Source: Emiliania huxleyi CCMP1516
Taxonomy: Eukaryota
Direction of reading: 5' to 3'
Assembly: GCF_000372725.1 (NCBI RefSeq)
Contig: NW_005201912.1
Location: 315,711-379,710 of the forward strand
DNA: 64,000 bases
This document shows positions 1 to 12,119 of the stretch, in pieces. Below the pieces are notes generated by a model. It had not been told where the DNA came from and ran no database searches. It saw only the letters and a program-made list of their open reading frames with translations. Numbering within the stretch: position 1 is the first letter of the stretch; the number at the start of each line of letters is the position of its first letter. The position numbers were made by a program, and so were the translations under genes.

Positions 1-1784
1 AGAACGCCTGTTCGCACCTCCGCCGGTGTGAAGAGACGCGCACCGCGCCGCAAGTCGAGGGCGGCGAGGGCGACGAGGCCGGCGGCGGCGGCGGCGTAGA
101 GCGGCGCGCGCAGGCCGTACTTTGCGTCGAGGATCGCAGAGAGCGGGAAGCCGAGGATGAAGGCGCCTGCAGGACGGGAGGGCACGAGATGCGGGGAGAT
201 ACGGGGAGATGCGGGGAGATATGGGGAGATATGCCTGCAGCCCGGGGCTCTTGGAAGGCTGCGAGGAGGGTAGGGTTCCGAGGAGGCTAGGGGCGGCGAG
301 GGGCGGCGGCGAGAGAGGGGCGAGGGGAGAGGTGTGGCGAGGGGAGGCGGCGAGGGAGGCGGCGAGGGAGGCGGCGAGGGAGGCGGCGAAAGGCGGTGTG
401 GCGGCGGAGGAGGTGGGGCGGGGAGGGAGGCGCCCGCGACAGAGACGCCCTGGAAGATGCCGAGGTTGATGGCGCGCCGCTCGGGTGGGGAGACGTCGGC
501 GACGTAGGCCTGGCAGACGGGGGCTCACAGTACAGGAGGGCGGGGTGGAGAGGACGGGAGGGAATGGGTGCACGGGCCTGGCAGACGGGGGCTCACAGTA
601 CAGGAGGGCGGGGTGGAGAGGACGGGAGGGAATGGGTGCACGGGCCTGGCAGACGGGGGCTCACAGTACAGGAGGGCGGGGTGGAGAGGACGGGAGGGAA
701 TGGGTGCACGGGCCTGGCAGACGGGGCTCATGCAGCTTGTTACTCCATCGACGAGGTCGGCGAGGTAGAAGACGGCGACGCCGCGCGAGGCGGTGGCCTG
801 CAGCGGAGGGTGGCAGGCGGTGAGGCAGGCGGTGAGGCAGGCGGTGAGGCAGGCGGTGAGGCAGGCGGTGAGGCAGGCGGTGAGGCAGGCGGTGAGGCAG
901 GCGGTGAGGCAGGCGGTGAGGCAGGCGGTGAGGCAGGCGGTGAGGCAGGCGGTGAGGCGGGCGAGGCAACACGGCGGTGTGGAGGCGTCTCGGCAGCGGC
1001 GCCTGCAGCAGGCAGGTGGTCGCAGAGCCGAGTGCCGACCAGGCCATCAGATACGGGGAGATATGGGGAGATATGGGGAGATATGCCTGCAGCAGGCAGG
1101 TGGTGGCAAAGCCGAGTGCCGACCAGGCCATCAGCGGCTTGCGGCCGACCACGTCGGAGAGGGCGCCGTGGAAGCCGACGAAGAGGAAGGTGATTAGCTT
1201 GTCGAGCGACTGCTCACGGGGCGGGCCGTCAAGGTCCGACCGTCGGAGGGGTGTGACGAGAGCCGCGCCCGCGCTGCCTCGACGTCGCCGCTCAGCACGG
1301 CGGAGGCGGGAGAGACGTCGGGCGAGCCGTCCTCGTTGACCAGCGTCGCAATGACGCGCCCGAGCACCGGGATGCTCAGCCCGAGCGCGAAGAAGGAGAG
1401 CCAGTTCGCCAGCACCGCCCACCAGAAGGACCCGCGCTGTACCGGAAGCGGCGGCGGCAGCGGCGGCGGCGGCGGCGCCGGTGTCACCGCCGATATCTGC
1501 GCGCCCGCCCGAGCGCCCCGCCGGCGCAGCCGATCGAGCACGCCCGCTCCGCCGCCTTCCGAGCGCGCGGCCTTCGACGCGGCCACCTTGGAGGCAGCCA
1601 GCAGCTCAGTGGAGACGGCCGCCGGCGCCGGCCGCACAACCAGCTCCTCCGGCTCGCAATCGCGCTCAGAGCGGCACGACGGTTCGGCGCCGAGACGCGG
1701 CTTGGCCGAAGGGCCGGGCGCGCGAGCGTGCGCCGAGGCCGCGAGGAGGAGCATCGACGCCACGAGCGAAGGCGAGACCCGCAT
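1..1784 (-). CDS. MFS transporter (TetA/MFSD14-like), multi-exon, 3' end runs off window start
   Basis: Exons read WAVLANWLSFFALGLSIPVL, motif A-like GALSDVVGRKPLM, YVADVS..ERRAINLGIFQG and AFILGFPLSAIL; N-terminal signal-like sequence; GC-AG introns. Confidence 0.8.
507..730. repeat. 68-bp tandem repeat (~3.3 copies) forming an MFS intron
   Basis: Unit starts at 507, 575, 643 and 711 and includes a copy of the adjoining exon end. Confidence 0.9.
812..958. repeat. 12-bp minisatellite (GGCAGGCGGTGA)n, intronic
   Basis: About 12 direct copies visible. Confidence 0.9.
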
Positions 1785-2683
1785 TTTTGTAGCCGGCTTC
1801 GCAAAAAAAGAGCGCGGGCGGATGTGAGGTTAATTAATGGCACTCCAAGTGCTCCAAGTGCATGGAGGTGGCGAGGGCCGAGGAGCTCTACGGGGAGCTG
1901 CGCGAGCGCGCGCCCCAGCACTGCCGCCGTGGCGGCAAGTGGGCGCGCGAGAAGTTCGTGATGGCGGTGCAGGGAGGGAGAGTTCCCGCGCGCGCGAGGG
2001 GCAGGCGTTCCCAAGGGGACGGTCCTGTGCCTCGGCAGGGTGCTCGACGCGCACGATGAGCAGGATGACGCGGAGGGTGGGCACCGGGACTGGGAGGAGG
2101 ACCCGCTCGGGTTCGACACCAACCCGATGCTGCTCCGCGCCATGTGCATGGCGTTCGAGTGAACGCCGTGCAGGCAGCCCGTGCCTTTTGGTGTACCCCG
2201 TTTGTGCCGCGTCCTGTGCCCCCGAGTTCATTTGATACGCTCCAAGTGCATGTGAGGTGTGCATGTGAGGTACACACTGCACTCCAAGTGCTCCAAGTGC
2301 TCCGCAACTCTCCCTCTCTCCCCCTCCCCTCCTCTCTCGCTCTCGCTCTGCCCTCAAGGAATTCGAGGTAAGGCAGTGCTGTCGCCATCGAGAGCACCGA
2401 GAGCAGCCACCAGACGCCACGCTCCGTGCTCGTCGACTCGAGGGTGAGGAAACGCGTCCAGAGCGCCGCGATGTCGGTGACAATACCGAGCGGGCCGCAC
2501 CCGTCGGGTAACTTATCCAGCTCGTGGAGCTGCCTTACCCCGCGACCAATGCGTGGGAGGCGGTGGCGGCGCTCGCAACGGCGCGATATGCTCATGGCAT
2601 TGTCGTGGCTTAGAAGGGCGCGGGCCGTGCCACAATGGAGCACTTCGAGCACACGATACGCTTTACTTCTTTTTCTCGCACGA

Positions 2684-2747
2684 GCCAGTCCCGTGCCCAG
2701 TCCTGTGCCCAGTGTCGTGCGAGGGAGTTTGTTGTAAAATTCTTTTT
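2684..2747 (+). promoter_or_regulatory. Conserved leader motif gccagtcccgtgcccag...tgtcgtgcgagggagttt..gtaaaattctttt
   Basis: Ends ~6 nt before ATG 2754; homologous copies at 29075-29295 and 63041-63108 (minus); regulatory role is inferred. Confidence 0.55.
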
Positions 2748-2753
2748 CTCGCG

Positions 2754-4157
2754 ATGCCTGCCCCGCGGCGCCGCTCGCGCCGCCTCGCCCCCGCCTCCGC
2801 CGCCGCTCCTTCGCCAGACACGCCGCCGCCCGCCCGCCTCCTCGACCTCCCCACGGACCTCCTCGTGCGCGTCGTCTCTCGCTGCGACCCCGCCGACATC
2901 GCTCGCGTCGCGGCCGTCTCGCTCCTCTTCCACGCCTCGCTTGCGGTGGAGGGCATCCGCTTGTGGGCGCAAGAGCGCGGCTTCGAGCTGCCGGCGCAGC
3001 CAGAGGGCGAGGGCTGCGCCGTGCGGTGGCTGTGCTACGCTGCGCTGCTGTGCGAGTCCAACCCGCCGGCGAGGCTGGCGGGCGGTCGGCACAGCCTCTT
3101 CATCGTCGGCGAGGGGCGGCTCTCGTCGTGCGGCTGGTCGCCAGCCCTGCTCGGCCACGGCGAGGGCGTGACGCGGCTCAACACGCCGACGCGGCTCCCC
3201 TCGCCGCTGGGAGAGCGCGCCGTGAGCGTGGCAGCTGGAGATGGGCACAACCTCGCCATCACCGCTGACGGCGCCGTCTGGAGCTGGGGCTATGGAGGCT
3301 ATGGCCGGTTGGGCCACGGCGACGACCAGAACCAGCTGCAACCGACGAAGATCGAGGGCTTGGCTGGCCAGCGCGTCGTCGCTGTGTCGGCTGGAGGCGA
3401 CCACAGTCTCGCCCTCGCCGCCGACGGCGCCGTCCGGAGCTGGGGTGGTGGAAGCTATGGCCGGCTGGGCCACGGCGACGAGCAGAAGCAGCCGCTGCCC
3501 AAGAAGGTGGAGGCCTTTGCTGCGCAGCGCGTCGTCGCTGTGTCGGCTGGAGCCGCACACAGCCTCGCCCTCACCGCAGACAGCGGTGTCTGGAGCTGGG
3601 GCCATGGAAGCTTTGGCAAGCTGGGCCACGGCGACGAGCAGAACCAGCTGCTGCCCAAGAAGGTCGAGGCGTTGGCTGGGCGGCGCGTCGTCGTTGTGTC
3701 GGGGGGAACCCACCACAGCCTCGCCCTCGCCGCCGACGGCAGCCTCTGGAGCTGGGGTTGGGGAGGCTCAGGCCAGTTGGGCCACGGCGACACGCAGGAC
3801 CAGCTGCTGCCCAAGAAGGTCGAGGCCTTTGCTGGGCGGCGCGTTCTCGCTGTGTCGGCTGGAGGCTACCACAACCTCGCCATCACCGCCGATGGCGCCG
3901 TCTGGAGCTGGGGCGGTGGACACTATGGCCGGTTGGGCCACGGCGACGAGCAGTGCCAGCTGCTGCCCAAGAAGGTCGAGGCCTTTGTTGGCCAGCGCGT
4001 CGTCGCTGTCTTGGCAGGATCCCGCCACAGCCTCGCGAGCACCGCCGACGGCGCCACTTTTGCCTGGGGCGAGGGCGGCCACGGCTGCCTAGGCCACGGG
4101 GAGGACGAGTCGAACCAGCTGCTCCCCAAGAAGGTCGAGGTGTGGGCGCAGGAATGA
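2754..4157 (+). CDS. F-box-like + RCC1-repeat protein, intronless
   Basis: LLDLPTDLLVRVV N-terminus; ~7 repeats of the form VSAGxxHSLALxADGxVWSWGxGxxGxLGHGD. Confidence 0.9.
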   Translation: MPAPRRRSRRLAPASAAAPSPDTPPPARLLDLPTDLLVRVVSRCDPADIARVAAVSLLFHASLAVEGIRLWAQERGFELPAQPEGEGCAVRWLCYAALLCESNPPARLAGGRHSLFIVGEGRLSSCGWSPALLGHGEGVTRLNTPTRLPSPLGERAVSVAAGDGHNLAITADGAVWSWGYGGYGRLGHGDDQNQLQPTKIEGLAGQRVVAVSAGGDHSLALAADGAVRSWGGGSYGRLGHGDEQKQPLPKKVEAFAAQRVVAVSAGAAHSLALTADSGVWSWGHGSFGKLGHGDEQNQLLPKKVEALAGRRVVVVSGGTHHSLALAADGSLWSWGWGGSGQLGHGDTQDQLLPKKVEAFAGRRVLAVSAGGYHNLAITADGAVWSWGGGHYGRLGHGDEQCQLLPKKVEAFVGQRVVAVLAGSRHSLASTADGATFAWGEGGHGCLGHGEDESNQLLPKKVEVWAQE

Positions 4158-4638
4158 GGTCACGGCTGTGCCTGTGGCGCGAGTTACGCATGTTAGTGTC
4201 CGCTGCTGAGTCACAGGCGGCGGCCAAGCACAGTGTCGTCCTGCCGCTCTCGCTACGCCGCTCGTGCGCCCCGCGCGCATGTCGGCTTCTCATGCCTCCG
4301 GCCTCTGAGGACCCACCTCGGGCGCTCGGGCGGTTGGGGATGGCAAATCGGTCACCAGCGCCCAATAAATAAAGTGAAAACACGCGGAAATTCTTTGAAT
4401 TCCTCTTGTAGCTTGAGCGGTCACACCGCCATCGCGCATCGCCGCCGACGTCTCCCAGGGAGGATGGAGGGGCGTGACGATCGTACTAACCGCCTCGATC
4501 CTGCGCATCGGCCATGTCTCCCGCAGAGACCCGCAGCCGCGAGCGAGCAGCGCAAAGAGGCTTCGCGCATTTTTTTGCGCAGCTCCACGTTTTTCTTTAT
4601 TTCGTTCCTCGCCCTTTCCTGCCTCGGCCGCGGCGGCC

Positions 4639-4905
4639 ATGTCGCTCCGGCGAGGCCAGCACGACGCCGCCACGGCTGAGGCGGTGAGCGACGCTCGCGC
4701 ACGGTACGCCGACCCGTCGTCCAACTGGCGCTCGCTCAGCGAGTCCACGAACTTCGAGTGGAAGTTCCTCACGCCGCTCGTTTGGGCGCCCGCCTTTCCA
4801 TTCCTACGGCGTGCACCGCCCTCTGTGCGGCCGTACGTCTTTGGTGGCGCCATCCTGGTCGCCAACATGCACGGCTTCAACAATCCAGACTTGAGTGAAC
4901 TGTAG
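4639..4905 (+). CDS. Small hypothetical membrane protein (88 aa)
   Basis: Coding-like codon usage; PLVWAPAFPFLR...VFGGAILVANMHG resembles, from memory, a small plant/algal family. Confidence 0.55.
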   Translation: MSLRRGQHDAATAEAVSDARARYADPSSNWRSLSESTNFEWKFLTPLVWAPAFPFLRRAPPSVRPYVFGGAILVANMHGFNNPDLSEL

Positions 4906-5154
4906 TGGGTACGCGTCGTGATAGAGGTACTGTGAGAGTGTTGCCCGCGCAAGTGATGTAACCTTTTTGCTCATGCCGTTGCCGGCGAGGCCGAATAAAA
5001 TAAACGGAGGCGGGGGGAGGGGGACCCCCCGTGCCTAAATAAATAAATAAAAACGGTCAAACTCTGAGACGAGATGGGATTTAGGGACATGTGTCCCCGC
5101 CCTGCACGATCTTGGTGTGAGGGATCTTCAATCCGTCCCCTCACCCCCTGGTCA

Positions 5155-6162
5155 CTACCCGACACTAGAAGAGCAGCAAGAGTTGGGGCTGCGGCTACGG
5201 CTGCGGCTGCGGGAGGGGCTATGGTCGCGGGAGAGCCGCTGCGCCGCGTGGGCGCGCCTACACCGCGCTTGCTCCGCTCGCCACCTCTCGCAAAGGTCCA
5301 AAGTCATAGCCATCACCTCCTCCGGCAAGTCCTTTTCGCCTATCTCGCCGTCCCTCCATGCCTGGTAGAGCTCGTCGTCATAGCCATATTGCATCACAGC
5401 CTGCTGCACTGCGTCGTGCACAACCCCTGCCACCCTATCCCGCGCCTCAGCGTCGGAAAATTCGAGCTCGGAGTTATACCCGGAAGCAGGCGCAGACGGC
5501 CGCGGCGATTTGGCAGGCGGCGAGGTGGGGGAGGGAGAGCGCGGCGGTGCGCGCTCGTGGCTCCCGCTGGTGCCAGAAGGGCCAGCGCCCAATGCGCTCA
5601 GCCTGTTCTTGTCCACCACCTTGGGAGAAGGGGGTGGGGGTCCACCTCCCTTGGGTGCGGGCTTGCGGTGTTCCTGCTTCCGCTTGCCCGACTTTGGCGG
5701 GTTGCGGCCGAAGTTCTTCATGGTGAACCTGTCCGGCTTGCCGCCCTTCCCGACCCTCGTCCACCCCTCGGGCGACTCGTTGGGCCGGGGTTGCTGCGCC
5801 TGTTGGTGCTGCGAGTGTGCCTGCGATGCTGCGGCCGGAGCGGCAGCGGCGGCAGGCGGTGCCACGGGCGGTGCGGCGAAAGTGGCGGTAGGCTGAGGCT
5901 GCGCAGCGTCCTGCGCGGCCTGCTGCCTGGCCTCATCCTCCCGCCTCTTCTCAGACTTGGCCTGGATGATGTACTGATACCCAAGCGGCACCGGGTTGAT
6001 GCTGACGGAGTGCCAACCGTACCTCTCCATGCGCTCCGCGAGACAATCAATCATCGCGTGGTCGCGTGGCGACACCTTCTGGCCGAGGACGCGCTCGACC
6101 ATCCGGATCTGACGCACGTGGAACGGCTCCAGGCCCGGCATGGAAGCCTCGGAGTCGGACAT
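5155..6162 (-). CDS. Hypothetical low-complexity protein, possibly ORF1/gag-like of a mobile element
   Basis: Intronless ORF from MSDSEASMPGLEPF; A/P/K-rich; (TAAA)n tract at ~5036-5053; no recognisable domain. Confidence 0.4.
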   Translation of the reverse strand: MSDSEASMPGLEPFHVRQIRMVERVLGQKVSPRDHAMIDCLAERMERYGWHSVSINPVPLGYQYIIQAKSEKRREDEARQQAAQDAAQPQPTATFAAPPVAPPAAAAAPAAASQAHSQHQQAQQPRPNESPEGWTRVGKGGKPDRFTMKNFGRNPPKSGKRKQEHRKPAPKGGGPPPPSPKVVDKNRLSALGAGPSGTSGSHERAPPRSPSPTSPPAKSPRPSAPASGYNSELEFSDAEARDRVAGVVHDAVQQAVMQYGYDDELYQAWRDGEIGEKDLPEEVMAMTLDLCERWRAEQARCRRAHAAQRLSRDHSPSRSRSRSRSPNSCCSSSVG

Positions 6163-6620
6163 GGCCCCGTTTCGCCGTTTCGTTGCCTGCAATCTCTTAA
6201 ATGGCAATTTAAGCCCCCCCCCCAACCTCCTCATTTCTTAAAAGCTCTTAAAAAATCCGGCCCTCAGAACCCTTGGGGTCCCCTAAAGAAGCCCGGCGCC
6301 GGCCGCGCGGGGCGCGGCGGCCGGCGGGGCCGCGCCGCCCCGCCGCCGCCCCCCGCACCCCCTGGGCTTGGGGCTTGCGCCGCGGCCTGTTCGACTATGA
6401 CTTCAGACTTCTGTGCTGTGCTCCTGATACATATTTTTTGACGCAGGACAGCAGTGGGCACCTAAGCGGCGCCGGCGGCATGAGAGAACAAGGTGGATGG
6501 TCGATCTCACACGCCACACCCACGCAGTGGAACCGGGACGACGCCCCTTCCCGAGAGGCCGACGGGACGCGGGAGGGGGTGCCGAGCAGCGCGAGACGCC
6601 GTGGCCCGACCAGCCGTGCA

Positions 6621-7319
6621 TCACCAGGCAGGCCCGTCGCTGTTCGCCCACTCCTCGAACTTTGGGCTGTCGACCCACGCCTCCCACGCCTTCCAGTTCT
6701 CTTCGTTCTTCTCCCACTCGTCAAAGTTCTCCATCGTCGGGAACTCGAAGCCTGCGGGAGAGGGGGCGGAGGCGCGGGCTCGATTGGCGGCACGAGGGGT
6801 GGTCGTCGATGCGGGGAGGAGGAGGAAAAGTGGCGGTGGGGGCGGTGGAGAGCCGAGCGGGGGACGCCTCACCCCACTTGGCCGAGGTGACCGAAGCGCC
6901 TTCGCCGCCCTTGACCTCGAACGAGACGCCGAGGCCCGACACTTTCGATGCGAGCGCCTTGGGGGCCTCCTTCTTGGGCACCGGCTTCGATGTCAGCATC
7001 CCCTTGATCTTGACCATGCCGTACACGGTCGCATAGAGCCCGAGGATGGCGAGGACAATCTGCGAGGGGGGAGGAGAGCGATTGGGCGCGAGGGCCGCGC
7101 GGGGGGGGGAGCGGCCGAAATCATATCCCTCGCCCACCCCTCAGCGCGCATCCCCCGCTCGCGCCGAGCACTTTGGTGCGAGGATGCGCACAGGCGCCGG
7201 CGGCGCGAGTTGAATGCGGCGCTCCCTCCTCTCTCCGGGGAGACACCAAATCTAGGGGCGGCGCGCACATGCTCATCCTTCTTGAGATACTTGCGGACGG
7301 TGTCGTCGAGCGAGGACAT
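6621..7319 (-). CDS. Small single-TM protein, 3 exons (possibly a mitochondrial ATP synthase subunit k-like protein)
   Basis: MSSLDDTVRKYLKKDEH / IVLAILGLYATVYGMVK...AKW / GFEFPTMENFDEWEK...; GT-AG introns restore the frame; functional guess is weak. Confidence 0.65.
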
Positions 7320-7462
7320 GCCGCCCGCGAGAGGGAGGGCAAGACTCGCTCCTCGGCGCGGCCTGCAGACTCGCTTCGGCGATAAAAAAGAATTCTTACG
7401 CCAACAGTGCACGAGCCGCCCGCCGGGAGTCGGAACTGGCCTGCCGACGGTTATCGCCACCA

Positions 7463-8876
7463 ATGGCGTTCGCGGACCGGCGCTCGTCGCCGCCGCTCCC
7501 GGCGCAGGGCGAGTGGCTGGAAGTGTCGATCCCAATGACGGACGCCGCGGTTTCGACCTTCCGGGGCTCGGTGGACGCCGTGCGGCCCGACCTCGCCGCA
7601 TTCTGGATCAAGTACGAAGACGGCGACAGGCGCCATCACCCTTCCTCCTTGCCTGAGCCGGAGCCTCACACACCCTGTCCACACCGACTCAGCGGGTAAT
7701 CTTTGCCCCGTCGTGCAGGCTCCGCCACTCCATCGCCGAGTATTCCTCGATGCGGAAAATCGAGGCACCAATGCGCTCGAACGAGAGCGAGGCGCACACG
7801 GAGCCGCCTCCTGATGGCGGAGCAAAGAGGGGCGCGCAGCGCCGCGATTTGGAGCTTGCGCGTGGCTGCACCGTCGAAGCCTTCTACGCGCGTCGGCTCC
7901 AGGACAAGGCCATTCGCGAGACTGCGGTGGGCACCCCGCCGCCACCTCTCGACCTCGGCCATTATGCGAGGCTCTCCGACACGCAAAAGCTGCGCGTGTA
8001 CACCGCGTACGTCGCGCACGGCGGTGCTTCGCCACCGAACTACGTCGTCGAGCGCCGGTCCGATGGCGCTCGAGGCTCCGCACGGCCCGCTGCAGCGGCA
8101 GCAGCAGCGGCCGGAGCGGAGCCGGCGCCGGTGGTGGAGGTGGCGGAGGGCTTGCGCTTGCACGTCTCTAGCAGCAACGCGACTGGCTACGTGGCCGTTG
8201 CAAAAAAACACTCGCGCTTCCAGGTGCAGCACACAGTAGCCGGAAGGCGGGTCTTCCTCGGCTGTGCTTCGATACAGCGGTGGCGGCGGCGGTGGCTTAC
8301 GCGAGGGTGGTCGGCGAGTACCAGCCGGCAGTGGCCACCGAGGCGGAGGGCCTACGGTTGCAGCTCTGCAGCAGCAGCGGTACCGGCTACAAGGGCGTGC
8401 GGAAGCGCGCCTCAGGCCGTTTCCAGGCAGAGCACAAGGTAGACGGCGGGAGGCGGGTCTCCCTTGGCACCTTCGCCACGGCGGTCGAGGCCGCGGTGGC
8501 TTACACTCGTGCCGTCGGGGAGGCAGAGCGTCAGGAGGCCCCGCCCCGCCCTGCAAAGCGCTCGCTGAAACCGGCTGACGCACCGCCGCCTAAGCGGCGC
8601 TCCACGGCCGCTTGGCCCTCGGCTGCTTCGGTGGCAGAGCCGCCGCGGCTCCAGCGGCACCCGATTGGCATGCCGCCAGTCGTGCAGGCCCTCGAGCGCG
8701 TTGGGCTGCCGCAGTACGCCGACGCATTTGACGAGCAGGGCTACGATGATCTCAACTACATTCTCGAGATGGATGCGGCGGAGCGGAAAACGGTGGCAGA
8801 GGCGACGGGGATGCGACCGGGCCACGCAGCCAAGTTTGTCAAGTGCGGTTTGGGACGCCGGTCGACTGTGAATTGA
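7463..8876 (+). CDS. Tudor-like + tandem AP2-like DNA-binding repeats + SAM domain protein (frameshift near 8265)
   Basis: FWIKYEDGD; EAEGLRL..SS.GTGYKGV...GRFQA...LGTFATAVEAAVAY; C-terminal LERVGLPQYADAFDEQGYDDL...GMRPGH SAM-like segment. Confidence 0.7.
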
Positions 8877-9347
8877 GAACTTCTCGGACCATCGGTTCTG
8901 GCCGCACGCGATCGTGCACACCGTCCCACGCGGCCGGGCCCGCCGCGCGATCGCCAGCGCCGGCTGCGATACGTCGCGAATGTGTGCCGCGCGGGCCGCG
9001 GGCGCGGGCGCGCCGCCACGCGCCAGGCGGGCGCGTGGCGGCCCCGGCCCCCGCCCGCGCCGCCCGCGGGGCCACGGGCACGGCACCCGCGGCGCCGATC
9101 CGCGCCACAGCGCCTCCGATGTCGCGACGCACGTCGCCGCCTCGCACGGCACCTTTAGTTCTGTACGGAGCACTCCATTGTTGTCTAATCGTATTCAAGG
9201 CTCAAGGTCGAACTACACAGCTCGCCCTTACACATGCAACGCGTGTACACCGGGCGCTGCCCGAAGTCCTAACTACTCAGAGATCGCGCACGCCCCCCGC
9301 CTCCCTGACTGAATATTCGACTCTGCCCCGCGGCTGCCCCGGCGACT

Positions 9348-9971
<624 letters not shown>

Positions 9972-10534
9972 CTATTGGTGCACCAATATCGGTAACAATC
10001 GGAGTGGCCTTTCTGGCGAGGGACTTCCAGCCTTCCCTTGTGTCCTGTCCTTCTCCCACCCCTCTTTGGCGTGTCCGATTATTTTGAGTCGGTGGAAGCA
10101 TCTTTCGCTGTGTCTCGCCGAGGGCCCGAGGCTCGCTGTCCGGGGTTCAGGCCTCTCAGTTCACGCCAGAATCGTGAACCGTGAACCGTGAACCGTCATT
10201 AGGTAGACCATATACTTCCCGAGCGGAGTGAGTCACACACACACACACAAAACAAAAATCACACACACACACACACACAAGAGAAAATCTCCCCCCCCCC
10301 CACACACACACACACACACACACACTTCCCGAGCGTGAATATAAAATGAACTCGGGGGCACGGGACGCGGCACAAAATCCCGAGCGTTGACCAAAAAGAA
10401 AGAAAGAAAACAGTCGCCTCATCTAGGCTCCACGCCTCTCTCTCCGCCTGCTGCATTCAGACGCTCCTCCAGTCACGCCAGGAGAGCCGAGGATCTCGAA
10501 GCTCCTCCCTGTCACAGCCAGCCGCCGACCAACG

Positions 10535-11563
10535 ATGCCAGACGACGCCGCCGCCCGCGGCCAGCCGCTCGAGCCGAGCGCCTTCACCGACGCGCCCGCA
10601 GAGCTCCCGGACTGGTCCCGCACCTTTTGCGGCTACAACGAGCGCTTCGTGGCGCCCTTCTCCTTTGCGGTCGCCGGGCACCGCCTCTCCCTCACGCAGT
10701 CCTTCGTGGCGTCGCCGGCGCATCAGGCAGAGGCGCGGAGCTCCGCCGACGGCCTCGCAACGGGGTCGACCGTCTGGGACGCGGGCGCAGTGCTCGGCGC
10801 GATGCTGCTGCGCCAGCCGCCTCCCACCGTCGGCCTCTCCGCGTGCGGCGGCTGCGAGGGCGCGTGCCTCGACCTCGGCTCGGGCACCGGCATCGTCGGC
10901 CTGGCGGCGGCGGCGAGCGGCGCGTTTGCTCGGGTGGTGCTGACCGACCTGCCTTCGGTGGTGTCGCTGCTCGAGGCGAACGCGGCGCGCAACGCGGCGA
11001 GATTGCCCGCGTCGGTGCGCGTCTCCGTCGAGGCGGTGCGCTGGGAGGACGCGGGCGCAACGCGGCGGCTACTGGAGCGGCACCTCTAGATGCCGACTGC
11101 AGACCCTGGCGCATTCCTTCCATGCGCTTCAGGAGACACGTATTCGGCGGCGGCAGTCGACTGGCTTGTCGCCGCCGCCTCCACTGCACTCAAAGCCTTT
11201 GTATGCTCGTGCGCGCCGCGGGCGTGCAGTGCGCAAGACGCCGCACTCCCGCCCCCTCACTCGCCGTGTCTTCATCAGGAGCGGCACGGCCCGTTTCGGC
11301 TCGTCGTGGGGGGCGACCTGCTGTACCGCCCGCCGACGGTGCAGCCGCTGCTGGGCGTGCTCGACGCGGTGTGCGGCGCCGAGACGCACGTGCTGCTCGC
11401 CGCCTCGCTGCAGCACTCGCCAGAGACGATGCGTCTCTTCGCGGAGGCGGCGCGCGGGCGCGGCTTCGAGGGGCGCATCCTGCCCGCGGGTGAGCAGCAC
11501 CCGAGCTACGCCTCGGGGGAGGTCCGGATCCTGCACCTAAGTAGAAGGCAGCACCCGCGGTGA
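10535..11563 (+). CDS. METTL21/Methyltransf_16-type protein lysine methyltransferase, 2 exons
   Basis: TGSTVWDAG, CLDLGSGTGIVGL, VVLTDLP, then exon 2 LVVGGDLLY; intron ~11075-11279. Confidence 0.85.
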
Positions 11564-11995
11564 TGGCAGAGAATATGAGCTCTGCAGACCTCGTGGGCAG
11601 CGTTGGTGCAAGGAGATGCGAGCTGAAGGATGGCCCGCCTTGGTGCTTGCAGCTTGGAGCCCGCGCGTGTTTCCTTCTTCTTTTTTGAGCTTAGCCTTCG
11701 GTGTTATGAAACAACGCAAGGCGGACATGGCATATCGCTCTCGGGCTCACAGACATCCCTCACACCCGCCGCACACCCGCGCCCCCGCGCGCGCCCCACC
11801 CCGGCCGGGAGAGAGGGGAGTGACAGTTTGGGATGGACAGCCCGAGTATGTTGAGTCCTGGCTCAACAACGCAGGGAACAAGAGGGGGTGGTCCGGCTCA
11901 CAAGTCCGGCTCACGCGCCTCGAGCTTAACATCTACCGCACTGAACACTTCCGCCCCCTCGCTCCCAACCCATCCACCCCGCCCCGGGCCGCGCC

Positions 11996-12119
11996 GCGCG
12001 ATCTCGGGCGATCTCGCGCGATCTCGGGCGATCTCGGGGCCGCGCCGCGCTATCTCGGGCGATCTCGCGCTATCTCGGGCGATCTCGGGGCCGCGCCGCG
12101 CTATCTCGGGCGATCTCGG
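11996..12119. repeat. 10-bp (GCGATCTCGG)-type tandem repeat
   Basis: Direct observation; resembles the intronic repeats elsewhere in the window. Confidence 0.85.

Noticed and set aside
8880..9170. Extremely GC-rich palindromic tract as a MITE (similar tracts near 6290, 35390 and 43940)
   Set aside because: No clear TIR pair or TSD identified by eye.
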